A DNA stretch of 64,000 nt, from assembly GCF_036365525.1 (NCBI RefSeq), contig NC_090398.1, forward strand, positions 37,026,694 through 37,090,693, written 5' to 3'. Origin of the DNA: Heterodontus francisci (taxonomy: Eukaryota). The position numbers were made by a program, and so were the translations under genes. Within the stretch, counting starts at the first letter, position 1, and each line of letters opens with the position of its first letter. The notes under the pieces are model-generated. The model was given only the letters and a program-made list of their open reading frames with translations. It was not told where the DNA came from and did not search any database. Positions 1-12,005 of this stretch are shown here, in pieces.

Positions 1-400
1 ATTTGATGGGGTCTTTTCACTGTGGGATAATTATATGGCGTCTGTTCACAGGGGGTAATTAGATGTTCTGTGACAACGAAAGGGGTGGTAATTTGATGGG
101 GTGTGTTCTCAGGGGTAATTAGATGGGGTCTGTTCACGGGGAGGGGCTATTAGATGGGGGTCTGTTCAGGGGTATTAGAATGGAAGGTTTCTTCACAGGG
201 GAATTTGGATGGCGGCCTGGTCACAGGGCTATTTGAGGTGAGGATCTGTTCATGGGGTAATTAGCAGAGGGCAGAGTCACAGTGGGGGGATATTAATAGA
301 GGAGAGAAAATGTATGTGTGTGTGTGGGGCGGTGATTTTACGGATATTCATAGAGGAAATTAGTTAGTGTTTAAAATGGGAGGGGGTGTCATTTCCACAG
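1..400. repeat. Degenerate G-rich minisatellite (tgttcacagggg..taattagatgggg, ~30 bp unit)
   Basis: Recurrent 'tgttcac/tgttctc...gggg...attagatgggg' units visible from 1 to about 300, decaying to 400. Confidence 0.6.
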
Positions 401-414
401 GTTTCAAATTAGCG

Positions 415-800
415 CTACCTGTCGGAGGGTCAGTACTGAGGAGGCACACCACTGTCAGAGGGCCAAACTGAAGTAGCGCTGCACTGTCAGAGGCTGAATA
501 CTCATCGATAGCTGCACTGTCGACGGTTCGGTACTGAGCAAGAGGTTTGCTTTCGGAGGGGCAAAACTGAACGTGTGCAGCACTTTTGGAGGGACAATAC
601 TGAGGAGTGCTGTATTGTCAGATGTGCAGTACAGAGGGAGCGCTGCATTGTCAGACTGTCAGTCCTGGGGAATCACTGTACTGTTAAAAAGGCCCTGTTG
701 AGGGAATGCTTCGCTATTAGAGGTTCGATTCTGAGGAAGTACTGTCGTAATGGACGGGCGGTACTGAGGGAGCACTACACTGATGGATGTGCAGTTTTTT
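415..800. repeat. ~33-bp tandem repeat (gcactgtcggagggtcagtactgaggga-type)
   Basis: 'ctgtc(a/g)gaggg...tactgag' recurs every ~32-33 nt (e.g. 419, 452, 484, 517). Confidence 0.8.
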
Positions 801-949
801 TGGTGAGATGTAATACCGAGGTCATGTTTTCCCTGTCAGGTGAAGGTATAAAATTCAAGAGACCTTCCTCCCTGCTGTGAGACCCTCTGTCTCGTTGAAA
901 CTCTCATGTATTTTCCAATTCTCCCTTTCCCCCAACAACCTCCATCATT

Positions 950-1160
950 GGAAGGATCAGGTTCGAGGAAGATGAATGGCTTCCTCCTTTTGCAATGTAA
1001 CGGGATTCAGGGGCTGAACGGCCTCCTCCTGTCCTGTGTAACAGGCTCAATGGGGCACTGTCGCCTCCTCCAGTTCCTGCGTAAAAGGCTCAAAGTACTG
1101 AATGGCCTCCACCTGTTGCGCTGCTTTCTCTGACTTGTCAGGCATGGTATGGGGTAATTA
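950..1160. repeat. ~42-bp tandem repeat resembling an amplified CR1 3' end (tgtaacaggctc..gggctgaatggcctcctcctg)
   Basis: About five diverged copies of 'ggctgaatggcctcctcctgt.cctgtgtaacaggctc'; followed by (CT)n at 1163-1180. Confidence 0.65.
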
Positions 1161-1602
1161 ATCTCTCTCTCTCTCTCTCTGAATTACCATGTCCTTGTCC
1201 GTTTTTTCCTCCCCACTCTCCCCTCTGCAAGAACAGCTGAAGACTCTTGTCAATAGGATCGTGAAGGTTTCGCCAGAGTTTTACTGCCTGTATTCCCACT
1301 TCTCCATGCTTTACAATGTGACCCTGCAGCTCAAGCTCCTGTTGGACAATGGACCCATTCTGCTCTTCAACACACAAACTACAATCAAGTGAAGGACATA
1401 ACGGACAGAAAATTATATTGTAAACTTTTAGAGGAGCTTAAAGAAGGGAATAATCTGAACGATGTTGCAACGTTAATATCCCTGGTCTCATCCCTCACGG
1501 TAAAAATTAAAGGCTCTGGGAATATATGGGTGCAGAGGTGAATGCAAAAAGGTCGCCTGCAGAACGAATTTACATATCACGACACACAGAAAATGATTGG
1601 AA

Positions 1603-1653
1603 ATGGCTGAAACATTGTTCAATACCTGATCATTGCCATTGTTGGAGTTCCTG
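1603..1653 (+). pseudogene. Orphan/decayed first coding exon of a GPR139-like GPCR
   Basis: Reads YLIIAIVGVP then phase-1 donor cctg|gtaagt at 1654, the same exon end (ggagttcctg|gta) as 56003 and 21505. ATG at 1603 (MAETLF) is out of frame with it, and TGA 1608-1610 lies in its frame. Confidence 0.65.
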
Positions 1654-1984
1654 GTAAGTGACAAAAACCATTGAAGTTGTGTAAATCTGTGTGTTAGCTA
1701 TTTTCTGGTTCTAGTCTGCGATGGACAATGTTACATAGCCACTTAATTATTCCATTATACTGACACCGGATCAGTGATATCATTTATTTATGTCAATGTA
1801 GTGAACTAGTAGTCTGATTTTATTTTTTTCCTCAACTGATAATAAACCTCCATTTCTAACTGATAGGTTTACCGAATTAGCAAGGTATCAAATTCAATGG
1901 ACAATCGTGACATGTTCAATAGGACATCAATGAAGGCAACTTTATGAATGAAAGTATTAGGGAGTCTCAGTGAACGGAAAAATA

Positions 1985-2570
1985 AACTGAGTGTGGGACA
2001 CTCAGCAGAGTGAAGCATCTGACACAAGTGGCCATGTATTACTGGCACCATCTGTCACACTAAAATTGTACCAAGTGCGAGTCACAACCAGAGTGGAACC
2101 CCCGATCTCAGTGACCATGTATTGCTGGGTATATCTGTCACACTAAAATTGTAATCAGTATGGATCACTATCCGGAGAGGAGCACCTGACACCAGTGATC
2201 ATGTCTTACTGGGCGTATCTGTCACTATAGAATTGTATGGAGTGATGGTCACTAACTGAAGTCGAACACCTGCCACAGTGGCCACGTGCTACTGGGACTA
2301 TCTGTCCATGTAGAACTGAATTGAGCACAGGTCACTAACCGGAGTGGAACGCCTGACATGTACTACTGGGAGTATCTGTCACTGTAGAATTGCACAGAGT
2401 GTGGGTCACTAACTGGAATGGATCACCTGATCTCAGTGACCATTTATTACTGGCAGTATCTGTTACTGCAGAATTGCACTGAGTGTGGGTCACGGACAGG
2501 GTGTGGAAAACCAGTCCCCAGTATGCATGTATAATTGGGTGTAACTGTCACTGTAGAATTGTAATGAATA
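1985..2570. repeat. ~84-bp minisatellite, ~7 diverged copies
   Basis: 'tctgtcac...gaattg...gagtgtgggtcac...ggagtggaacacctga...cagtgaccatgtattactgg'; marker 'tctgtc' at 2051, 2134, 2218, 2301, 2375, 2459, 2544. Confidence 0.85.
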
Positions 2571-4077
2571 AAATTGACCAATCCAGTTCTATTATGAAAT
2601 CATTTTTTCAGGTGACTGAACTCTCCGTTCTATGGAGCTGCCTCTGTCCTTTATGAATGTAATTGACTGCCGGGGGAAGTTTTTGCTGATGTTTGATAAG
2701 AAGGGTATAAATTGACATGACTTGGTGTTGTTCTGTTTCCAATTGAAATCCTCCAACAGAAACCGATGTTAATTATTTACTGACTTACGTTTTTCTAATC
2801 CTTTGGATAATGACCTGTTTACTCTGAGTACAGTTTCTGTAATCAATATTTTTTTAGTGTTGATTATCCCCTTCTCCCAACATTGTCCTAAAAATTTGTA
2901 GGTCATGAGTGCTCAATTTTATTTTTCCGTTCCACTGCCTGATTATTGAACTGCGTTTCCTGAATAGTCCACTTCTGTAACTGATTAGCGTTTAATGGGT
3001 CAATTCTTATCTATGATTCAGAGCCTTTAACACATGAAACCTGCACCAATCCCTACCCTGAGCTCAGTGATTTGTGTCCCTTTGAGGAGAAACTGGGAAA
3101 CTTACACAACGGGCTTTCATAACAGAGATCTAACCAGGGGCAAAAATAATAACATTAGTAAAAAGTTAATGATGAATTGAATAACAAACGTCTCTCAGTT
3201 CTGGTAACAGCCTGGCTGAGATAATTGCACTTGCTCTCGAGCATCATTTGTTTTGTAATATGGGCACCAGAGTACTAAGTCCTGTCTAACCAAGGTTCTA
3301 TATTAGTTTAATATCAGCTCTTTGCCTTTTCAATTCCATTCCTCAAAATTAACTCCATTGCTTTGTTGCATATAACTTCACCTGTTAACCTGTGTTGCTG
3401 CTTAAATGATTTATGAATCTGTCCCCCTGAAGACCTTTTCTCCTCGACCCGTGCATGTTTGGGAAGATTATTCTTCCAACCAAAATTCAACACCCAACAC
3501 TTAGCTGTACGACAAATAATTTGCCATTGAAATGTTCAGTGTGCACGTTTATTCACAGTTATTTTAAATAATATCAGTTACTTTTTTGCGTTCTTCCTCC
3601 TGTCACACATACTAGAAGTGTGATGATACCAATTATGGAATAACTGAGAATTATGAAAAAGTAACGTTGTCTTTGACAAATGAACCTTTCCTTAAAAAAA
3701 AAGTAAACAATCTTCCAAAATAGCCGCTGACGTAAAAGAAGTTTGTGTATTCAAACTGTCTGACAAAGATAAACGACAAACCTTCAAAGCTCCTCTGTCT
3801 AATAAAAATGAAGCAAATCTCCAAAACGACTAAATAATTGAGAGAAAATGCTCGACGAAACCTCTCCTCCTTCCACTTTCAAAAACTGGCGCAGAAGCTC
3901 TGTGTCCAATACAACGCATTCCATAAACATTCCAGAATTGAATGGTTTCTTCTTAAACAAAGGAAGTGCCACCTTCTGGGACATTGTGTGATCACCATGG
4001 GGATGAGGTGAGAACGTCTCCGACCAGGAGGTGAGAAGGTAGAACAAATTTGCCATAAAATGACAGCCTACAGGCAG

Positions 4078-4089
4078 TTAGAGAGAGCC

Positions 4090-4128
<39 letters not shown>
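4078..4128. repeat. (GA)n microsatellite
   Basis: Direct reading. Confidence 0.95.
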
Positions 4129-4130
<2 letters not shown>

Positions 4131-5049
4131 ATCTAACAGCGTGTTTCCAGCAAGGTAGAAGGCATGTGCCATGCTCTAAAATACTACGTCTACATTATAC
4201 AGCAGTGCACTGGATGTGATCCACCGTCTTCAACTGAGCCTTCAATCAAGGGGAAAATATATAATCATCTCTGGTCTACAACTATTGGAAACGTGATTTG
4301 CAAGAGAATTGAACGGGTTGATCGTAACCTCCTCCACCCCACACGCCCTGCCCCCCCACCCCACACACATTCACATTTCCTTTTTCCCTCTGCACTTGTC
4401 TCTTCTTATGTGTGCATGTGAACGAATGGGTGACTGAATGTTGTTGCCATAAATTTGGGGTAAGGCATATCAATCAATCAATAAACAACAGACTTTTCTG
4501 TTTTTGTTTGAACCTACAAGAAAACCTCTTCCTGTCTGTTTATTTGCAAACAAAAGTGAAACAGCAATGGGGTTATACCCTAATAATGAGCTGAACAGTG
4601 GCAGTCACTCACATCGCACAACCTGGCCGTAACATTCTGCATTAACTGTATTGTCAATTTGGATTTAACTGCAAATGTGGAAATTGTATTTCTGCTTCCC
4701 GTGTCCGTATTGTTTATGCAAATAGTGAACCACTGCGTTGCCACTTGCCACCTTTTGCCAATCTGAGGAAATGACAAAATGCCTTTAACCTCTACTCCCT
4801 GCTTTCTGTTTCTATAGCCAACTTGTTGTCCATTCAGGCTTCTTGTTCCCTAACTGCACTTGATCTTAGATTAAACATGAGTCTGCTGTGTGGGACCTTA
4901 CCCAAGGCCTTTGGGAAATCGCTGTCTATTACATCTTCTGTATCAGTAGTACCTATTCTTTCTGATATTATTCAAAGAATAGAACAGATTTACCATAAAA
5001 TGACAGCCTAGAATAATATCAGATATTATTATTATATTATTATTATTAT

Positions 5050-5673
5050 CCTCAGAACCTTTCTCTATGGCAGTGAGGCCTGTGCAATGTATGTCAGCCA
5101 AGAGCGACTTCTCAATTCATTCCATCTTCGCTGCCTCCGGAGAATACTTGGCATCAGGTGGCAGGACCGTATCTCCAACACAGAAGTCCTCGAGGCGGCC
5201 AACATCCCCAGCTCATACACACTACTGAGTCAACGGCGCTTGAGATGGCTTGGCCATGTGAGCTGCGGAAAATGGCAGGATACCGAAAGACACATTATAC
5301 AGCGAGCTCGTCATTGGTATCAGACCCACCGGCCATCCATGTCTCCGCTTCAAAGACGTCTGCAAACGCGACATGAAGTCCTGTGACATTGATCACAAGC
5401 CGTGGGAGTCAGTTGCCAGCGTTCGCCAGAGCTGGCGGGCAGTCATAAATGCGGGGCTGAAGTGTGTGAGTCGAACAGACGTAGCAGTTGGCAGGAAAAA
5501 AGACAACTGTGTAATAGCCCCGACAAACATATTTTTCTGCAGCACCTGTGGAAGAGCCTGTCACTCTAGAATTGGCCTTTATAGCCACTGCAGGCGCTGC
5601 TCCACACACCACTGACCACCTCCAGGCGCTTACCCATTGTCTCTCGAGATAAGGAGGCCAAAGAAGAAGAAGA
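5050..5673 (+). mobile_element. RTE-clade LINE 3' fragment
   Basis: Translates to LLYGSE..LNSFHLRCLRRILGIRWQDRISNTEVL..RRLRWLGHV, C-terminal CSTCGRACHSRIGLYSH zinc motif and (AAG)n tail; lies in (ATT)n-rich sequence. Confidence 0.9.
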
Positions 5674-6243
5674 GATTATTATAATATTATTAAAAGAATA
5701 ATATTAGAGTGACGTTCATTTTGGAATATGCGTTGACTACTTATGTGCTCACTATGCTATTATTTTATGTGTTTCTCGTTTTTTTTTAACATCTTTGAAT
5801 AAGGATTCAATTATCTTTTTTTTGCCACGGATGTTATTTGTACTTGCTCTATCTTCTGTTTAATATACAATAATCACATTATCGGTGCTATTTTAAAACA
5901 AAATATATTTTATTTCTAAAACTTGTAAAGAAATCATCACAGAACAATTCAAAATGGACATTTCATAAAGCGCAATAAAGTTCATTTACTTTGAATACAG
6001 TGCTTGCGGTGTTTCACTAGCCTTGGCATTTCAGGTTATATTTACAATGTACATTAGCATTACATGCCACAGATCATTATCTGATGCATACAGCATTTTA
6101 CATGGGTTCCAGCCGCTTGGCATTCTATCGTGGGAAAGTTTGACACAGTGGCCTTCCACATTGAGCCTTTGTGGCGGCTGCACCAAGCTTTAGTGCCTCC
6201 CTCAGCATGTAGTCCTGGGCCTTGGAATGTTCCAGCATTCTAC

Positions 6244-6341
6244 AAAACCAAGAAATGCTGGAACCACTCAGCAGGTCTGGCAGCATCTGTGGAAAGAGAA
6301 GCAGAGTTAACATTTCGGGTCAGTGACCCTTCTTTGGAACA
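6244..6341 (-). mobile_element. Penelope-like element terminal-repeat fragment with degenerate hammerhead core
   Basis: aaaaccaagaaatgctggaaccactcagcaggtctggcagcatctgtggaaagagaagcagagttaacatttcgggtcagtgaccc, near identical to 11023-11110 and 34268-34343 (rc). Confidence 0.65.
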
Positions 6342-6344
6342 GTT

Positions 6345-7810
6345 CCCAGGAACCTTTTCTGAACTGCCTCCGATGCTAGCATATCCTTCCTTAAACATGG
6401 GTACCAAAACTGTACGCAGTACTCCAGGCGTGGCCTGACCAACACCCTATATAGTTGTAACAAGACTTCCCTATTTTTAAACTCTAAACCCCGAGCAATA
6501 AAAGTCAAAATTCAATTTGCCTTTCTAATTGCTTGCTGCACCTGCATGCTATTTTTGTTTTGTGTTTCATGTACAAGAACACCCAGATCCCTCTGTACTG
6601 CAGTATTTTGTAGTCTTTCTCCATCTAAATAATAATTTGCCTTTTTATTCTTCCTACCAAAGTGGATGACCTCAAACTTTCCCACATTGAACTTCATCTG
6701 CCAAGTCTTTTCTCACTTACTTAACCTATCTATATCCCTTTGCAGATTATTTGTGCCCTCAACACAACATGCCTTCCCACCTATTTTTGTATCGTCACCA
6801 AATTGGATACCCTCCAATATGTCACTTCCTCCAAGTCATTAATATAGACAGTAAATAGTTAAGCCCTTGTGGCACCCCACTAGTTATTACTTTCCAACCT
6901 GAGAAGACCCATTAATCCCGCCTCTCTGCCTTCTGTGTTAGCCAATCCTCAATACATGCCAACACATTAACCCTGGACTCTTATTTTTGAATGTACATAT
7001 TGGACCCACATTTCTCTCAGCCAAACGTATCCTTTACAAGTACCCGTAGAAGCTAATATAGTCATTTTAAAAATTGTTTTGCTAGCTTAAATTCATATTC
7101 TATTCTCCCTTTCTTTATCAGTTTCTTTGTCTTCCTTTTCTGTATTCTGAAATCCTCCCAATCTTCAAGTTTAATACTATTTCTGGCAACTTTAAAGGCC
7201 TTTTCTTTAAATCTTATACAATCCCTGACGTCCTTTTTATGCATAGTTATTTGCCTTTATTTTTGGGGTGTTTGAGCCTTGCAGGAATGCATAGTTGGTA
7301 CGCTATGTCACATTTCTTTAACGACTATCCATTGCATAGGTACCTGTCATACCTTTTAAAGTATTTTCCAAATCCACCTCAGCCAATTTTCCCCGCATAC
7401 CTTCATAATTTCCTTTATTCAAAATGAACACTCTGGCTTCAGATTGAACTACCTCACTTCAAACCATAATGTAAAATTCTGTCTGCGATCCTCCCTTCGT
7501 AATGTACTGATCCCATCCCCTATTATCAGCGCAACACTACCTTATTTCCCTTTTTTGCCGATGCTTCCTAAACGTCGAATATCCTTGAATATTCAGTTCC
7601 CAGTCTTGGTCACCCTGGAGCCACGTTTCCGTTATGGCAATTAGATCATAGCCATATAACTCTATTTGGAACTTAAAATCATCTACCTTGTGGCGAATGC
7701 TGCGTGCATTCAGGCAGAGCCCTTAACCGTGTCTTCTCGACATTCTACATTCCAAGCCTAGTTAATACTCGCCTTTGTTTCGCCTGCCTTCTAATGTCAC
7801 TTGCTACGAC
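6345..7810 (-). mobile_element. Old CR1 LINE ORF2 fragments
   Basis: Minus ORFs MKFNVGKFEVIHFGRKN, LLQLYRVLVRPRLEYCVQFW, KVARNSIKLEDWEDFR are homologous to the CR1 ORF2 at 47508-50318. Confidence 0.85.
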
Positions 7811-7814
7811 TCTA

Positions 7815-10070
7815 ATGTATATGCATGGGGTGACAATCAAGTGGGCTGCTTTGCCCTGGCTGGTGTAGAGCTTCTTGAGTGTTGGTGGACAGGCTTTAAG
7901 GAATCAGGAGGCCAGTCACTCGCTGCAGGATTCCTGGCCTCTGACCTGCTCTTGTAGCCATGGTATTTTTATGGGTACTCCACTTCGGTTTTTGCTCAAT
8001 GGTAACCTCCAGGATGTTAAAGTGGAGGGTTCAGCGACGGTAATTCCTTTGAATGTCAAAAGGAGATGGTTAGATTCTCTCTTGTTGGAGCTGGTCATTG
8101 CCTGGCACTTGTGTGGCGCAAATGTTATTTACCACTTTTCAGACCAAACTTGTATATTGTTCAGGTCTTGCCACATCTCTCTTTATCAGTTTATTCATCT
8201 TCCTTTTCAGTATTCTAAAATCCTGCTAATCATGAAGTTTAATGCTATTTCTGGCAACTTTATAGGCCTTTTCTTTAAATATTATACAATCCCTAACTTG
8301 CTTTTTTATGAATGGCTGTTTGCCTTTGCTTTTGGCGTGTCTGTGCCTTGAAGGAGTGTATTGTTGTTGTAAAATATGTCATATTTCTTTAAAGACTATC
8401 CATTGCCAATGTACTGTCATACTAGTCCACCATCTACAAGGCACAATTCAGGAGTGTGATGTAATGCTCTGCAGTTGCCTGGTTGGGTGCAGCTCCAACA
8501 ACACTCAAGAAGCTCGACACCAGCCAGAGCAAAGCAGCCTACTTGATTGTCAATATCTGAGGAGTCATGAGTGGTGCTGAAAATTGTGCAATCATCAGTG
8601 AGCATCCCTACTTCTGATATTATGATTCAAGAACGGTCATTGATGAAGCAGCCGAAGATGGATGGGCCTAGGACGCTACCATGAGGAAAACCTCCAACAA
8701 ACACAAACATTTTTCTTTGTGCTTGGTATTACTCCAACCAGCGAAGAGTTTCACCCTGATTCCCAATTTTGCTTGGATTAATTGATGCCATACTCGGACA
8801 AATGCTATCTTGATGTCAAGAGCAGTCACTCTTACCTCATCTTTTAAGATCAGTTCTTTAATCCACGTTTGAACCATATCTTTAATGAGGTCAGGAGCTA
8901 AATGGCCCTGGCATAACCCAAATTGAGCGTCGCTTAGCAGGTTATTGCAAAACAAGTTGCGCTTGAAAGTACTGTCGATGACACTTTCCATAACTTAACA
9001 GGTGATTGAGAGTAGACTGATTGGGAGGTAATTGACTAGGTTGGACTTATACTGCTTTTTGTGTCCAGGACACACCTGGGAAAATTTCCACATTGCCGGG
9101 TAGATGCCCGTGTTGTAGCTGTACTAGGTCAGCTGGGCTAAGCGTGTGGCAAGTTCTGGAGCACCGGTCCTCAGTGCAATTGGTGGAATCTGGTCAGGGC
9201 CCAAAGCCTTTGTAGCATCCAGCGCCTTCAGCCGTTCATTGCCAACACGTGGAATGAATCATATTACCTGAAGTCTGGCATCTGTGATGTTGAGACTTCA
9301 GGCTGAGACCAAGATGCATTATCCACTCAGCACTTCTGGCCGAAAATTAATGCTTCAGCCTTATCTTTTGCACTGTTCTGCTGGGCTCCTCGATTATTGA
9401 GGATATGGATATTTGTGGAGCTACCTCCTCTAGTTCGTTGTTTAATTGCCAAACAAAAGTCTCGACTCGATGCAGCAGAACTGCAGAGCTTATATCTGAT
9501 CAGTTGGTTCTGGGATCACTTAGCTCTGTCTGGCGAATGAAGCTTACACCGTTTGAAATGCAAGTAGTCCTGTGTTGTGGCTTTACCAGGTTGACATCTC
9601 ATTTTGAGGTATGCCTGATACAGATCCTGGCATGACCTACTACAGTCTTCATTGAACCAATGTTGTTCTCCCGGTTTCAAGCTCATGGCAGAGTGAGGTA
9701 TATGCCCAGCCATGAAGTTGAAAGTTGTGGTTGAGTGCAATTCGGTTACTGCTGATTTCCCACAGCACTTCATGGATGTGCAGTCTTGTATTGCCATATT
9801 TGTTCGAAAGCTATCCCACTTTGCATGATGGTAGTTCCAGACAGGGGAAGACAGGACTTGGTCACAACAAGTACTGTGCGGTCGTCACTCCCACCAATAC
9901 TGTCATGAATATATGCATCTTCAGCAGGTAGATTGGTGCAAATGATGTCAAGTACATTTTTCCCTCTTGCTGGTTCCCTGACCACCTGCCGCAGACCCAG
10001 TCTGGCAGTTATGTCCTATAGAACTCGGGCACCAGTGGTGTTGCCGAACCATTCTTGTAACCTGCCCCTC
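7815..10070 (-). mobile_element. CR1/L2-group LINE (second family) fragments, rearranged, with an interleaved CR1 piece (~8175-8415) and an inverted segment (~8420-8552)
   Basis: Minus ORFs LLSDAQFGLCQGHLAPDLI..VRVTALDIKIAFVRVWH (RT) and VREPARGKNVLDIICTN..IGGSDDRTV (APE); same family as 35210-36390. Confidence 0.75.
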
Positions 10071-10099
10071 ACTGCTTCCTCCACACGTCACATGGAAGC

Positions 10100-10335
10100 C
10101 AGGTCAGGTAAGAACAATAGATTTCCTTCCCGGAGGGTATTAGTGAATTAGGTGAGTTTTTACAACAATCGACAATGGTTTCATGGCCATCCATCGACTA
10201 GTTAAACAAAAAATTCACGCTTTATTAATTGAGTTCAAATTCCACCATTTGCTGTGGCGCGATTCGCACCAATGAGCCAAGAGCAATACCCTGGGTCTTT
10301 GGCTTACACATCCAGTGACGATACCACTATGACAC
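10100..10335 (-). mobile_element. tRNA-derived SINE (SacSINE1/Deu-like), decayed
   Basis: Reverse complement similar to 11685-12000 and close to 60800-61010 (tttacaacaatcgacaatggtttcatggccatc; ttcaaattccacc). Confidence 0.6.
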
Positions 10336-10986
10336 TAGTTCAAGGCATGTCGGGTTTAACAAACTTGATCGAGTTCTTCAATGAGCAAATGGTTAATTAA
10401 GTTACTCCAGTCAATGCTGTACATATCGACATTCATGAAGTCATTTTTGGAATTTCCAAGCATCGAGTCATTCGCAAATGTGAAATTAAATCGAAATGGC
10501 AGCATCAACACAAAATTTACCAAACGACAGGAAACAGATATCAGTTTAACCAGAGAGTTATTATTCAGAATGAGTCGCTGCGGCGATTGATTCATCTCCT
10601 GACACCCTTAGGTCTGTCCAATATCTACTAGTCACAAATCAGGAGTGTGATGATAGACTCTCCACTTGCCTGGATGAGTTCAGCTTCAAAAACATCCAAG
10701 AAGCAAGAAGCCATCGAAGATAAAGCACCTGTAATTGCCCTCTCCAACCTATGCATCCTCCTGACGTGGAAGTCTGTTGCATTTAATTCAACGTCACTGG
10801 GAACTTACACCAAAGGGGCAGCAGCGGCTCAAGAACATGGCTCATCAACACATACTCAAGGACAATTAGGGATAGGCAATATATTTTGTGTTGCCAGTGA
10901 CATTCACAACTGTGCCGGAATAAAAAATAAAGTTAAAATGTTTTGCTCGCAGATGTCGGTTTTAGGACAAATGCTCATTTTGATAT

Positions 10987-11345
10987 AAAAGCAAAATACT
11001 GCGGATGCTGGAAATCTGAAACAAAAACAAGAAATGTTGGATTCACTCAGCAGGTCTGGCAGCATCTGTGGAAAGAGAAGCAGAGTTAACTTTTCGGGTC
11101 AGTGACCCTTCTTCAGAACTGACAAATATTAGAAAGGTCACAGATTATAAACAAATGAGGTGGGGGTTGGGCAAGAGATAACAAAGGAGAAGGTGCAGAT
11201 TGGACCAGGCCACATAGCTGACCAAAAGGTCACGGTGCAAAGGCAAACAATATGTTAATGGTGCGTTGAAAGACAAAGCATTAGTACAGAATAGGTGTGA
11301 ATATACTGAATATTGAACAGTAGCAAGTGCAAACCTGAAGAAAAA
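10987..11345 (-). mobile_element. Penelope-like element terminal-repeat fragment
   Basis: aaaagcaaaatactgcggatgctggaaatctgaaacaaaaacaagaaatgttgg...cagcaggtctggcagcatctgtgg, shared with 19155, 34268-34378 and 16095; family linked to the PLE RT remnant at 16313-16618. Confidence 0.7.
11085..11120 (-). ncRNA. Minimal hammerhead ribozyme core within the Penelope repeat
   Basis: Minus strand: agtt CTGAAGA a gggtc act gaccc GAAA agtt aact = CUGANGA / stem II / GAAA, with helix I agtt:aact. Confidence 0.6.
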
Positions 11346-11684
11346 CAACCTTATATGTCTAAATGACCTGGATTTTGATCAGAATGTTCGAAGTTTTCTG
11401 ATGAAATAGAACTTGGAAATGGGGAACAAATCAAACAAGATACTGGCAGACTTCAAGAATACAGAGCTTGGTAAAATATTCAGACAGGTGGTAGATTGGG
11501 CACACCACATATGAAAAAGCCATCGGGTGTACAAAGGAGATAAATTTAAGATAATTGAAAACAAAAGTGTGTTTTTGATGCAGCTGGTTGTTACGTCCTG
11601 AAATGCACAGCCTGAAAGACTGGCAGAAGCAGATTTAATGGTAAATTACAGAGGACATAAAATCCATACTTGTAAAGGAAGTTC

Positions 11685-12005
11685 TGGTGGCGTAGTTGAA
11701 CTGATGGACCAAAAGCCACACTGATGCTCTAACGATACTGGTTCAAATCCCACCACGGTAGCTGGTAGAATTTAAATTCAATAAATGAAAATCTGGACTT
11801 AATTTCAATAATACTACCATTAAAAATAAGGTTTTGGTTCTGGTTCACTCATGTTCTTGAGGCTTATATGCGACTCCATACCCACAGCAATGTTGTTAAT
11901 GCTTTACTGCCCTCTGAAATGGCCCGGCAAGACACTTAGTCGTCAAGGGAAAATTCGGGATGGGCAACAAATGCTGGTATTTCCAGATGCCTTGAAGGAA
12001 TAAAA
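11685..12005 (+). mobile_element. tRNA-derived SINE (SacSINE1/Deu-like)
   Basis: A-box-like tggcgtagt, B-box ggttcaaatccc, central ttatatgcgactccatacccacagcaatg..gccctctgaaatggcc, 3' tail gggatgggcaacaaatgctgg like the LINE tail at 36320. Confidence 0.65.

Noticed and set aside
575-880. 101-aa Cys/Arg-rich ORF
   Set aside because: Translation of the 33-bp tandem repeat
1985-2570. C2H2 zinc-finger array (84-bp period, some units read CTECG)
   Set aside because: No HxxxH or TGEKP linker, unit lengths vary (74-85) and frames are not kept
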